Shown here one piece after another: positions 26,601 to 40,531 of a stretch of 64,000 nucleotides of DNA. The DNA lies in NCBI GenBank assembly GCA_965637545.1, contig OZ281496.1:24614001-24678000 (forward strand). The letters are read 5' to 3'. The translations under genes and the position numbers were made by a program. The notes under the pieces were generated by a model, which saw nothing but the letters and a program-made list of their open reading frames with translations, was not told the DNA's origin and searched no databases. Position 1 is the stretch's first letter, and the number at the start of each line of letters is the position of its first letter. The DNA comes from Phallusia mammillata (lineage: Eukaryota).

Positions 26601-29600
26601 TGTTCAATTTTCCATGGGAAAATCTATCGAATTACCCTTGTCAACCAAGTATGGGACAACTGACGTTCAAAACAGCGAAGAGGGCTGTCAATCCGTCCTT
26701 AATTTATCGATAAACAAGAGCATGTAGGAAACACCAAGTAAATTTACTGAACTAAGACATTTTGTACATGTCCCGCTGTAATGTACGTGCCATAATCTAT
26801 CCAACTGGCTTCTTAAACCACAAGGATAGAATGCAAATTCAGGGTGTGTCTGCAATCCGCATATGTGTCTGCAGCCTTACCTGTGGGACGCGGTTGACCA
26901 CAAGGGAAATAGAAACGTGGTATTCTGGAACTAACATCGTTCTCGCGTTTTGCGGGTTTCTCGATCACGGGTGAGCCAGTGTTGGAACCAGGAATCTGAA
27001 AACAAAGCACATTGAATTCAGTAACACTTACATGATTTTCAGTTTAACGGTTTGACACGATGGTTGAGATTGGATTGGTTAAATGTTTTTAAGCGGAGTG
27101 GGCAAACAGAACTAATATTAGTTTAAAATCTGCTCAGGGATAAACAAAAACAATACTCCAGACCTATTGAAGTCGTTGTAATGAATCAAGCCGCGCACCA
27201 AGCGTTTTCATATAACAAGACATATGTTGGAAAATCTAGATTGTGGTAGGATTCGATCCCACGACTGAAGCTTATCCGGACAAAAAGTAAACAAGCAAAG
27301 AAGGTTGAAAAACCCATGCTATCGAGATATTTTATCCCCAAAACTGCAAAAAGTGCTCAAACCGTGTTATGACTAGTTTCATTGGAATTTGTTGATTTGT
27401 TTACAACTTGAATTCAGTTTAAAGTGTTGCTGCTAAACTTTTAGTCTTAAGTCACTTTTTTCACACAAGCTAATTAATCAATTCAGACAATGCACCAAAC
27501 CGCCTTCGCTGGCAAAGCGAAATTCTGCTGCCACATTGTTCTAAAAAATGACACATCGCCTTCTTAACCCGGAAACAATCGGCAGCCAAGACGAGTATTG
27601 CGAAACTAACAACAAAACTTGGCCTGGTTGTCCAGGAAATGCTTATGCTACTTTGTAGGTATGTTTGCAGAATAAGAATGTTTGCAATTTGGTTTTGTAC
27701 CTCAAAATATTAACAAAGGAAATTTGTTGGGGGTCCAAAAATCCTGCTTGCAACGGCCTACAACTCCCAATATGAATTCAACTAAGTCAAAACCATATGT
27801 GTAGCATATTATATAATCACGAGTTACCAGTGATTATATTTGAATAAAATACTTAAATACCTATCACTTGGTGAAATATCTTAAATAAACGGTGGATGAT
27901 TTCAAACTTTTTCAGTCTATAAGTCAAACTTTTGGCTAAATGATAGAATTATAAATAAAACAAAGGGTATATTGGTACTTTAAACTGTTTAAAAAGTTTA
28001 TTTAAATGAAATTTCTACATACATAACTTAACATTAGAACATGTGTACATACTAGAAGTACAGAGTATTATCCACAATAGATTTCAATGACGCATTAGAG
28101 CATGAAAACAATCACAGACAGAAACCGTAATGCGATTTTGATAATCTCTCATTGCTCGCTGATCTATAACGCGAAAGCACAATAACAATATTGTGGTAAA
28201 TTACGTTAGATTGCCTTTTGGTTCACCCCACAGCCGTTGGCGCTGCGATGGTGTTTTGATAAACAATAACCTGCCGCTGCTGCTCTAATTAATTGAATAT
28301 TTATGCAGCTGCGAATACCAGCCGTGCACTGCGGCGGGTGTTGTAGGTAAAATTAAAATCCAATTTGTTTATTGGCGTGTTATTGGAATTTGCGTTGGTT
28401 ATGTTTAACGCACATAGAATGTGAAGCATTTATAGTTGTTTCATATTGTTATTTCTTGTAAACTACAAGTACCCCTAACACAGATTTTTTATTTCTAACA
28501 TAAAAAAGGTCCATTTCAACCGAGTGAAAACCATCAATCAATACCTTAAAGAAAATACAATAGAATTTCATCATAAATATCAACCCACAAAAACTGCAGC
28601 AAAAAATGTTTAGTCCACTTTCAGGAACATCCCACAATTTGTGGTCGTAATTAAATATGGTAGTATGTCTACGAATAACCAGACATTGGTTGTGTGCATC
28701 AATTTTAATTTTGCTAATCCAAGTTTTTGGAAGTCACAAACTTTGCAATCAAGTAATAGTGACATAAAGAGTCACAACTGTACTCAAAAGCCTATCTGTC
28801 CTCCTATTGACGGAACTCACCTCAGGAAACCGGTAAGCAAAGTCTTCGATAAACTTCTTGTTATCAAGGCTTTCAAGAACTGAGAGTCTCATGTTGAACT
28901 ATTCACAGACAAGCCACTATCATTTGAATAGTAAATACTAAAGTATACGCTGTATGTATAAGACAGATACAAAGTGAGCAACAAAACTCGGGATAGAGAA
29001 GTACAAGGTTAAACAAACCTACATCACCAGGGCTGAAAATTTTACCTGTTCAAAGCTAACATTGATAAAGATAACAACCACGTTTCAAGTGGGTTCATAA
29101 GCGCAGTGCTGTTAACTGAAAGTACTTGCAAGCGCTCGTAACAACATATACCCGTTGAACATTGAGGGCTTGAAACACTTCGCCGCAATTAACAACACAC
29201 GGCGCATTTATAAGTAAAACATAGGCGTTCCAAACACATCAAAAATATAACTATTATACAGTTTATGTACATACAATTCAAAATCTCTAAAACTGACTGA
29301 CACGGACATTCCACTCACTTGCCCTCGCAAATATGTTAACATTGAAACGCATGCACTTGTTCACTTTAAACCGCGACTCAAACTAGTGTGTACAGTCTGG
29401 AAACACAGTGCTCAAATGAAATGGCAAGCGCGTGTGCCGACGATTATCCACCGGGCCAACAGCTTGGCGGGATCACCGGCCTGTACTCCAAAAGAGAGTT
29501 ACGACAACAGTGGGTTGGCAGATCCATTATCCAACGGCGGATTATCATTACATGAACTCGTTCAACATCCTGAACTTTCTTTGTGAAACCAGGGTCAATT

Positions 29601-32600
29601 CATCTTTGGTCTGCTACTTAATCAGGCGCTTAAAAGGTAAAAAAATCGTTCTACGGTGTTATTGAGGAAACATGGCACATCGCTGCTTAACGTCAGTTCT
29701 ACTTAATTTTAACGCACAATTCGCCAGAAGATATAGACCGATAAGAAACGCGTAAGATAACAACAGCGTATTTGACCTTTGCATGTTCGCGACATTTAAA
29801 TTGACTTCTATACGCCTCTAGAACGTCAATAAAAGACAAATGCTAAATTTAAACATGACAAACTTCTCATTAGCAATAAAGTCGATCTTTCACATACGTA
29901 AAGGTTTCTGCTTCGCTTTAATCTAAGTATAGATTTAATGGCAGCACGTTTATCTCATCATCTCGTTTGCAAGTAGTATAAGCTTAACCAATATCGCAGC
30001 GTTAACACTACCTCATCAGTTTAAAAATCCATACATTTGGTTCGTAAAATGGTAACTGGTTGATCTGAAGATCTAAACCTTAAAGCAAATACTCATAGCA
30101 GGCGAAGTTCTAATCCCAATACCACTGCAACCCAGCAACGCATTCTGAATTGACAACCCAGTCAACTTGCTAGACTACCAACCCGGCTTGTGGGTCAATA
30201 ACGGTCACTTAAGAAGCGGTAGAGTTTGAAGATAAATACATGCGACGTATAGGAAACGACAGAATGTAAGTAAACGACGCAAGCGGTCTGTACGTTCGAC
30301 CATTCATAAGCAGGTTGTTTCGTCTTAAAGTTTGGCGGTACGCGGAATGCCAACTGCCGTGGGATGAATACAATTTGCTTTCGAAGTAATGACGCTTGTA
30401 CCCATAGCCGCTGGGTTTTATGAATTGGCAATGGGTGTCTGAGCTGGCGGGACCCACATCTCGCAAATGTGAGTGGGAAGATAGTATTGCTACGTCATTA
30501 GTTTCAACCACGTGATTACGCGTTTCCGGTCCTGCGTGACGTCACCAACTGTAATGTATAGCAATCGATATGCTAGCGCAACACCTGTCCGAATGACAAG
30601 GCACCAGCGTATGTCGACGACATGCACGATGTGATGAATGTATTGCGCGCATTATGCAAAAAGGACAACAACACATGGTCGGGCTACGGACGTGGACATG
30701 ACCACACTAAGTCAACGCATTAAGTTTCATACTATCACACTACAGTACTTTTGATGTATAGTTAAGAACGTGATTTTGCACGTTGATTTACAGGCAAAAC
30801 CGTGTAACCATCTCAATGTTTTTAATTGTGAATGAATGCCAAACCCGTTAAACTAAAACGTTGATCACACGCACGGTTTTGGCATTCATCGACACATAAA
30901 AACATTCGGATGCTTAACACGGCATTGCACTGTTTGTTTTTGGGCGCGAAAAGTCAAATGTCTCGCATTTATTGTTAAATTCCGCGACAGTACTCCTTAA
31001 ATATTTCCTAACACGGATTTCTGGAGAAAACATTCACGGAATTTTTAGATACGCTTATAAATATCTTCGAAGTAACAGGAATGAATCAGCCATTACCTTT
31101 CCTTATGAGACCTTCCGTGTATGAATTAACATTTAGCGCAAAGTTTATCATGGAGTGACCCCGCCCGGGCACTGACCTCAGACGTCACTGGATATTGGAA
31201 TCAGCGCTGATTGGCTGATTCGTGACATGACGTACGAGTTCCTGGTCTCAAAGCTTTACAAATCGGAAAGGCTTCAATTTAAGAAAAGCAGTTTAGATAA
31301 ACCGCATGTGTATGAAATATAGCCAGCCATGGGCCTGTATAAGTCTTTGTTTAAGTTCAGGTGTCAATTATTGAACTGAAAACCAACGTTTTCGCTAAAA
31401 ATGGTTCGCGCATTCCGCTTTCAAAATGTTTTTTTTTAATCCATTGGCAGGCAGTTAATTGCCCTGGGTACGTGTACATTACATGATCAAAAACTGTCCT
31501 AATCATGCAGAAAACATGGAGGTTCGGGTTGACGATCAGTCGATAACAAAATGATATTTTCCTGTTTATCCCAATTTTTACGATTTTAAAAGAACGTCTG
31601 GCTATTCCCACACAAATGTTATGCTGTACACATAGTATATCGTACAAACATTACGTGGTAATATCACAACATTCGGTTTCATCTCATGTGAAAACAGGAA
31701 CAAAACACATGTTATTAGCCGGTTTTGCGTCATTTCAAACAACAGGAATCGTCCGAAATACAATGCGTTGCGCAATTATAATTACATTAGACTCAAACGG
31801 AACCATGTTCCGGAAAAACTATGAATATGCTTCAGAATTCATTTGGTAAACACAAAGGAAGACCAAATTCCTTTATTAGACCAAATACCAATACGCGTTG
31901 ATTAGGACGCAAAAATAGTGTGTACATCATAAGGTCCTAAATGCTGCTTGTTTTACCAATAAGCAGCAAATAAAACCACGTTATCAATCCACTACCGAAT
32001 AGCCGTTAGTGGTATTGGTACTTCCACAAAAAAGTAACAAATCTACGTCAACATGGGACCCAGTAACGACCGCCGACCTTAAATTATTCATCAACTCAGC
32101 AAGGCTGGAAAATGTCACCAAATCGCTGCTACGATTTGGGATGAAACAAAAGGACTTGACTGATTGGCCCAGGGGAATTATGGATAAGTTTATGAAATTT
32201 AACAAATCGTATTGATTTGACAGTATGGGGCTTGTGTTTAGGAAAATGTGGGATTTTGGGGAAAGAGAAATCTATACACTTCAAATTGGCGGCTTTTTTC
32301 TGCACAAAGCGATGCAATTGAGACGAAGAAATACTAATGTCGTTAGGCACAAATAGAATTGCAACATCTGTCAAGATTTAAGAACTCAGAAATGGGGCAA
32401 ATTTTTGTACACACTGCCTGGTGATGATTACAAGACACGATAAAATACAACATGATGATTATTGGTGTACTTTTCTGATTCGCATATCATTGCCAATCGA
32501 ACAACTATTTGCATTACGGTAGGTCATGTATTAACTTTTTCACAAACACTTCAGCCACTTTAGGTTGCAACTTCAATCTGTTTATTCGAGATATCTAAAA

Positions 32601-35600
32601 TTTGGATTGAAAATCAATGTTTAAAGATACACATTACCTTTTGCCAATAGTTATCAACAACGTAAAACCAACAAAATACGTTGTATTCATCAAACTATAT
32701 TGAAATGCTTCCCTATAATTTTAGAATATGTGCACAAGCGCTTCAAAATCGGGTGAAAATGAAAACACTTTTCAGACACACAAATTGCACTGCTGTCGCG
32801 AGCATTATGCGTTACTGGGCCGACATTTCGTCGCGGAGGGTATTCGTAATTAGTGTAGTAAATAATGAGGCCACGTGCAAGAACTACGTTGTGGCTGCTG
32901 CAGATGATTGCGTTTTGAGTCAGAGTTTAAGCACGACGCTTTAGTGACGGCAAAGTATTGTTTTGCGTATCTGCCAACGCACTGGCCAAAAATTATCATG
33001 CCAATGTTGCCATACCGACCTTATTTCTAAGATTTGTCATTATTTTAAAGGGCAATGTTTTAGAAAAATATATTGTCCTTATTTCTAGGAAATGTCCTTG
33101 ATTTTGACGTGAGTGCTTATTTTGTCTTATTACAAGTCAAATCCCTGCTACAAGTAAAAGTAAACCTAGGCTTGGGCTGTCGTGAGATGCACAAAGTATT
33201 TTCTACGAACAAGAAGTTGGTGGAACAGATTGTTTCAGGCAAAAAATACGACATGTGATAAAAATTTGTTAAAAAAAGTTTGTTTCGTTTCGTATGTAAT
33301 GTTAATATTTCGGTTGTCCTTATTTTGGGCTCCATGTCGATGGCAACCCTGTATATACAATGTTTTTGATTAAATTACTTTTTAATTCCGTGTATAGTGT
33401 TCCAAAATGCATAAAAACCTAACGTTTGCCGATGGCGTTTGCTGTGGTGCAAACATCGTATTTCACTCAATCAAAAAAAAACAAAAGATGCCACATGAAC
33501 AATAGTTGTCGGAGGCCCCTTGTCTCATCACAATAAAACATATTTAAAAAAAACATCAAGTTATCAGCTGGTGTTTTTGTTTACTTCTTTAAACCTTCAC
33601 TCAAATCAGATTTGTTACCTTAAACAAGCAACTTGCCAAAAATTAACAATACAAACAACATCATCGAACAATAATGCTATTTTCTTGTTTTATCACTCCA
33701 AGTTAGCATTCTGAAAAGAAGTATTACTGTGCTAGTGTACAGCTGCAATCCTGTTGTAACCTACCTAAGAGACATAGTGTATTGCGACTGTGCAATCCTG
33801 TGACAAAACAAGTAGTTTGTTGATCATTGACAGTAACCTTTGGGACTTGAAAACCAAACAGCTGCATCTACTACAAAACATCTACTCGGCTGCCAATGTA
33901 CATTGCCCACTAACATTAACAGAAAAACGTTGCTCAAAGGTAAATAGTTACTACCTGTTCTGGTACTTCACAAAACAAAAAACAAGCGGCGCAAATTACT
34001 GGGTTTTGATTGCTTCCTAACTGCCGGGGAGTTTAAACAATTGTGCAGGCTTTCTGAGATTTAACGACTTTGCAAATGTGTTTGCAGTGAAATGGTTTAA
34101 ACCAACTAAGAAACGCACATGTACTGAACTGAAGCTTTCAGTACACTTAAATCAGTATGTGTTGTTCGTTATGCAATGTATGACATAAAAATCGATTTTG
34201 TCGATGGCGTCCTCCAAACCACAAATAAAAAATAAGTTCAGGCTATAAATGTGCAGTAAGCGCGCATTGGTTCAGGACGATTTCTGTATAAGCACAGTTT
34301 TTACAACTAAGAAACGTTTGTACTGATAATAAACTAAACTAATCCTTATCAGCAAAAAGGAGACAATAAAAAAATATTGACTGCCATATGAAAACGTTTT
34401 TTAAGTGTCTAAAAAGTTTAAAGGCATCAGACATGATAATCTAGTTTCACACCACTTACAACAAGATCTTACAGGACAACAATTGTTTGGCAATAGTCTA
34501 TTTTCAATTAGAATAAACGCGACCTTTTGAAATCAATCTTGTATATGTATATGTTTATTATGTACCCGATAAACATCAAAAAGCGACCGCAATCGGTTTA
34601 ACGCATACAACTTAAGACCCGTCAATCCAGTTTTGAAATATTACACCTGTAAAGTGCAACTTCACATGCCGGATGTTTTACAAAGCACAGGCAATTTGTC
34701 AAAAGGCCATCGAGAGTCACTCATTATTTATAGTTATGGCATGGCGTTTTATAGATGACAATTTACGTTTACCGCTATTCGCGACCACCTGTACCTAAAG
34801 GCCAAAAGCTAAAAGGTGCTACACAGAAACAAGACGGTTTAGAATTAATAGGAAGTCAAGCCACGAACACTGGGATCGTTGGAACTGAAATACACGTCGT
34901 TGCATTTCGTTTTAAAAGATGCAATTTGCTCTTATCATCCAATGACGTGGCAAAACCAACATACAGTCGCGTTTGAGAGACTTGTAAGTGCTTGTATGTA
35001 TTAAGGCAATGAGTAGGGCTTGCTTCGTGCACTTTGTGCTATTTAGACAAGGCATCAATCAGCCGTTTCAGCAGCTAGCAATATTGAACAACTACGCTTA
35101 AAAAATCATTCATCATTAAATACTTGGATGTATAAAAATGATTGTTAAACTTCTCTTCCTTAATTTAAAATTTTTACAACAAAACCGTAACGCTTTAAAC
35201 GACATATATAACTCCTATTCTATGGACCAATCTACTGCCTTGTTATTTGTACACGATTTATATTATATACATGGATAGGCCATGTGACAGTGCTAAGCAA
35301 GTTAGGACATTTAAAGTGCGTCACGTAGACCATGTGTACACAAGCTGTACAACATATCCTCTTGTTTTCGTTATCGTCCGCCGTGCTGCGAGAGGTACAT
35401 GCAAAAGCATTTCCTTGGGTATAGCTCGTGCAAACAAAGCTGTACAAATCAATGACTTGTGGTCCCAAAGGATTCTTGCAGTAGGGGCAAAATCAATTTT
35501 CTCGTGCAAAGACGCACACATAAACCGTGATGACAGAGAATTAAACACCGGCTTGTAATAACCGGATATTGTAAGTGGGCTAGAAAACCCGAAGCGGTTT

Positions 35601-38600
35601 CTACAGTTAAACCTGAAACTAAAGATGTGTTTCAAGAAAAACATTTCCGCAACGAAAATAGACCACTTGCCATATGTGTCAGCAATTTCTAGAGTTCACC
35701 ATACTTCCTATCCGCAAATACCATAACAACCTTAACGTTTAGAATACATTTAAGTGTTGGCAATGGTCGTGGCATTTCAAACACATGCAATCCAACTTAT
35801 AGTCAGCCTCTTAATTTGCAGAGATCATTTTACACCCACCTGCATTCTGTCATCAGTACGCATTGAGTTAAAGTCGTCGGTAGTTACAGCAGTACTCTCT
35901 GATATTTTACGAGATTCTTTTGACTGATTGTCTGATGTAGGAACATCCTCAGCGACTACAACCTGTACATCCGGAACAAACTTGTTCACTTGTTCAGGCG
36001 GCTTTTCATTTGCCTTATCGTTCGATTTGTAGAGTTCTGAATCGGAATTAATGGCCAACTTGTCCGTGCATGGTTTTCGTTCCGTGACTTCGATTTGCAG
36101 AGGTATGCGTTGCCCTGCACCAGTAAAGAAGTCGGTAACTGTCTCATCGTATTCTCCATCGCCCATTGAAGGAATTCTTAGAACTTTATGGAAATTAACA
36201 GGATCACTGGCAAACCTACACTGATATGAAGCAATATCGTCGGCAGTAAGCATCTTTGAACAGCTTGTCATAACGTCTACTTCAGTGCTGGCCATTGCAG
36301 AGCAGTGGCTCTTTGTCTCATCGCTATGCACAACGGCACGTCCGGCGTGCTCGCCTTTCTCTGAGGTCTTTTCATCTAAACGCTGATTGCTCTCTTGCGA
36401 CACCGCATGGCATATTGTGGAAACATTATTGTCTGGTGTAGACTTGGTTGTAGAATCACCGCCGTGAGGTATTAGTTTGTCAAGATTGCTGTTGGAGGCT
36501 GTAAAAGTAGCACTTTTTATAACGTCACTGCTCATGTCACTGCTCTCGCTTCCTTTGCGTGACGTAGATGCCTGTCTAATTTTCGGGGTTTCTTTTGGCT
36601 CGACAGATATTTTGGCTTCAGTTTGTTTACCCTGATCAGACCAGTCTGCTTTTGCAAAGTTGATCACTTTCATGTCAGCGGGTGGCGAATGAATATTCGG
36701 CTGAAACTTAACGTACTCGTGCCTATGTTCTTTGTGGGCGTTGCCCGCTGGTGGTGTCACGCCCTTAAGCTTCCGTAAAATACAATCCCGCGCGAGTTTC
36801 TTTTTTACGTCCTCGGAAGCTTTTAACGTTTGTCCCTCCATTGCAGCGTATTGCTCAGTTCTTACGGTGCGCCTTGGTGCAGCGCCTAAATGAATAACAG
36901 TATTGGAGACAGTGGAGGCAAGGCGCTGGCTGTTTATGTTTGATGACGACGCCGTTGATGATTTAAGGTGCGTAGTTGGTTTCTGTGCCTGTGACGGTGT
37001 ATCTGTTTCCGGCCGTGAGCCACGCGAAATCAGCTGGCCAGTCTTTGGAAGTACCACACGCACCACCAGCGGCGCTCTTTGCTCATAAGCACCCTTGTCT
37101 AAAGTTTTGGTGGTTTTGTGACCTATCACTTGACTTTGAATAGATATTGGTACATTACGATGGGAAACAGTAGATTTGTTACACGCAATATGCTTGTTGT
37201 TGTTGAGATCTGCTGACCCCAGGTCACAGTTTAATTCAGCGTGTTTCGTGACACAGTTTTTTTGCGTCGCAGCGTGGCCAATCAATCGAGGCGATGACAA
37301 ATCTGTTGCTCGTGACCTGCTTTCTAGGGTCATCGCGGGGCTGTTTGGGGGGAATACCAACTTGACCGAACTCCGGTAACGCGTATCACAGCCCTCTTGA
37401 TCGCCTTCTTGGACCATTGCGTGAGGTGGTTTGTTCATCATGTTGTTATTATTTAAACCTACGGGCGAAGTGCCATTGCATTCCAACTGGTCGTAGGCGC
37501 TGTGACTGACAGCTTTACTGTTCGACATGGTGACGCTATGTGACGTCACGCGCTGCTGATGCATTGAGGTTCGCTGAAGGTCACGGGTGACAGTCACGTG
37601 ACTAGCAGATGCGCCGAAAGCAGAGCGGAACAGCGCACGTCTGTGGGTTTGAGAATTTGAACCAACAGAGATGGGCAACACATCATCCACCTCCTGTAGC
37701 ATCTTACGTCGCAGTGCCTGCACCACCACGAGGCGACTGCGGGTCTTGCGCATGCGCAGTTCGCTGTGCGACATGTCACGTGACATATCCGCACACAACA
37801 AAAACAAAATGCCCTATTGCACCAACAGCTCAATCACAAAGCAACAGAATACATCAGTTTCGCAAGTCATAAACATACGTTAGCCCTGAAAGAAAACGTA
37901 GGTGAATTCATAAACAACCATACCGAAACCTTTTCTAACACTGTAAAAGGTGAAGGCAGAACGCATGAAAATTTAGCTTATACCCTCGAAACACTTCAAA
38001 TCTCCTGCTCTACTAAAGACACGATATGACTATCTGCGCAATAGCAGTGTTAAGCTATTGTCTATGACCTATGCCAAAATCGTTTACTGTTCCAGGGGAT
38101 TTTGGGTTTATGCGTCAATTACTAATGTAACAGTACCAGACACAACTTCCTCAACTAAAGAGTTTTCCAACTTATCTCAATCTCTTCCAGGCTGAGCTCA
38201 TATCAATTGCTGCTGTAATGAGTATTAAACCGTAAGGAACGATTGGCTTAACCTTAATGGACTGTCCTTCATGCTTGACAAATAGCAGACACTTGAAGAC
38301 TCTCTGACCGGTATGCTTCAACGTACATAGCCTTATCAACGCTTAGCGATGTGCGAATGCGATAATCAGTCTCTCAGTCGTCGAGCGGAGGCACGAAAAT
38401 AAATGCACCAAGAAGAAGGCCTGTCAATTCCCCTGGTAGTCATGCCAAAGGGTACTAGGGTGCCTATCGTAGTGCTGCTGATATGGCCTGAATACCTAAG
38501 TGCCTGACAGTTGCACGCAGAGCGAAATCGTTGATTAGAAAACAGCAGACGTGCCTTTGGTTCAACGAGGAGGCGCATGAAGCCGCCTGCTCACGTTTTG

Positions 38601-40531
38601 GAATGGATTGACGACGCACGCATGCCACGCGCGATATTTAGTCCATTAAAGCGACATCACCTTTTAAAATATTTATGACATTCTGAGAAATTAAGGAAGA
38701 CAGCAAAGTACACAGGTTTGTTAAAGTGTAACAATATCCACAGACTTGGTATATCCCCTCCTGAAATAATACAGGTGGATACATTTACATTCAAACACCC
38801 AAACCAACTAAGCCTGGCAGTTTATAGCACAAACAACAATATACTGTCAACTGTCAAGGATATAAACCAACATCAAGATAAAACCTTTACTGTTCTTTCA
38901 CTAAAAACTTTGATTGTGTTCAAACAAGAGACCAAATGTCAATCAAAGAACTACATAGGAGCATCCAAATGTTAAAGAAAATGCTATGACATTCTACTCT
39001 AGAAATGCTGTTGTACCACCAGAAAGCCCAAAGATCAAACCAATATAACCACAAAAACTCACAACAAAGAACACTTTTATTTTAAGTCGCTCAGCTAGTG
39101 CTATGTTTTCAATAATTGGACCTGGTTTAAAATATTTGGAAAAACTCTGAATCATATTTATCACAAAATTTGAAACATAAAAATATATGACAGATTCACA
39201 AACCCTTTTCGAGCTCTTTACAAATTGAGCAAATAGACCTGGTATGGACAAACACCAAGCCATGCAATTTGTTACCGGACCATACACAAGAAAAAAACAC
39301 ATAGGTGCTTTTCACTACTACCAACCTCAAGGAAAATACATCTATTTGAACATAAAAAAAACGAAATGCAAAGTTTTACCTTCAAGTTGCCTGATAATCT
39401 TCCTTTTCCTTGGGATCTTCTTCTGGGGCTAAGTAGTGGTTTTACATTACTAGATGTTGAAGGACTAGATTTTGTGTTGTTGTTTAGGGTGGCAGTTTGT
39501 GGTACAACAGCTCCTTTATTTGTTGGACTTCCTTTATTGGAGATTTTTGTCAGATTAGCCTGCTGGCTCCTAAAAGCATGTGTGTTTATTGCAATAGAAA
39601 ATATGTGTTGAGGTGCATGTAAACAATGAGTGATTAATATAACTTACTGTTCAGTTTTGTGTTGTCTTATTTGTCTAAGGCCTTCTTTTAATGCTTTTTG
39701 AGTTCCTGGTAAGTTAAACCATCTGAAAAAAAAAAATCATACTGCTGTAGTTTTCACCATAAAAATACTGGTACTTTTATTGCTAGACAGCAATCATTAT
39801 ATGGCATACGCAGATCACCGGGACTATTACTTTATTGACACAAAGTATTGGGTCCAAGTTAATGATTTGTTCTTGAACCGAAAATACAAACAGCATTTGG
39901 TTGGTATGCACTTGAACAAAAGTTGGATCAACTAATTAGTTCTTTTGACTGCACCAAAACTCAAAAATCATGATTCTGCCAGCGCTTCTCAAGAAAACAT
40001 CTTAACTACTTACAACAATTAGAAAAAAGTGAAATGAGGTAATATACACAGGGCATAACACTTCCATTCCTCATTGCCAAAACTTCATTGGAGTTTAATT
40101 GATATTAAGTACAAACAAAGAGCTTTATGAGTACAATAAAACAAAACAGTGTGAATGCATTGTCATCAAACAGTCTGTTCAAAAATTATGTTCATGTTTA
40201 TTCTTGTTCTTGATGGCCACAGATTTGTGCAATGCTTAAAAGTATACATATGTAAACTATGCAACATTGAAATTTTATAATAGTTATGTCAGTTTGATAA
40301 GGGGCAAAAGTAAAGTTAATAATTATCTAAGCCTATTTAAAAACGTTTTTACCAGAAGTTAGCAGCTGCTACATACTTTAACAATGTGAAGATGATTAAA
40401 TAAACACAAGTATTATACCTTACGAATAGTTCATCCACTTTAACATTTATATCTGGTCTGAGATATCCTTCCTTTTCGGTTTTATCCCGTTTTAATCTCG
40501 TCTTTGACCCGCTCTTGCGCTTTTCCGACAT
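20605..40531 (-). CDS. PPP2R3: PP2A regulatory subunit B'' (PR70/PR72 family, EF-hand), PR70-type isoform of about 616 aa
   Basis: Exons in transcription order: 40531-40419, 39722-39648, 39569-39380, 26995-26881, 26318-26224, 25945-25842, 25605-25503, 24978-24904, 24351-24265, 23874-23718, 22408-22267, 21857-21713, 21320-21171, 20972-20863, 20794-20605 (1851 nt, in frame). Family motifs [55 protein letters not shown]-hand [12 protein letters not shown]. Confidence 0.93.
28821..28892 (-). CDS. PPP2R3: Candidate short alternative first exon of PPP2R3 ([24 protein letters not shown])
   Basis: ATG at 28892 with an AG acceptor 6 nt upstream; strong phase-0 donor GAG|GTGAGT, compatible with the phase-0 acceptor at 26995. 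Confidence 0.45.
31145..31240. promoter_or_regulatory. Cluster of promoter-like motifs inside PPP2R3 intron 3
   Basis: CCCCGCCC (GC box), GACGTCA and TGACGTA (CRE-like) and CTGATTGGCTG (CCAAT box) within about 100 bp of otherwise AT-rich DNA. Motif match only. Confidence 0.3.
35840..37786 (-). CDS. PPP2R3: Giant (649-codon) alternative exon of PPP2R3, low-complexity S/T-rich, PR130-like in size
   Basis: About 2-kb ORF inside PPP2R3 intron 3 on the same strand; ends MQ|GTGGGT with a phase-0 donor at 35839, and the ORF stops four codons later; in frame with the shared exon at 26995. Confidence 0.7.

Noticed and set aside
27240-27275. tRNA T-arm-like string (minus strand GTGGGATCGAATCCTACC)
   Set aside because: No acceptor stem, D-arm or anticodon arm can be folded; at most a SINE or tRNA fragment.
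29386-30511. Short GC-richer ORFs in PPP2R3 intron 3 (29386-29586, 30209-30511)
   Set aside because: No recognisable domains or compatible splice sites; more likely regulatory DNA.
38366-38578. [21 protein letters not shown]... as a possible further PPP2R3 first exon
   Set aside because: Its donor is phase 2, and I found no compatible acceptor into the giant exon or the shared exon at 26995.
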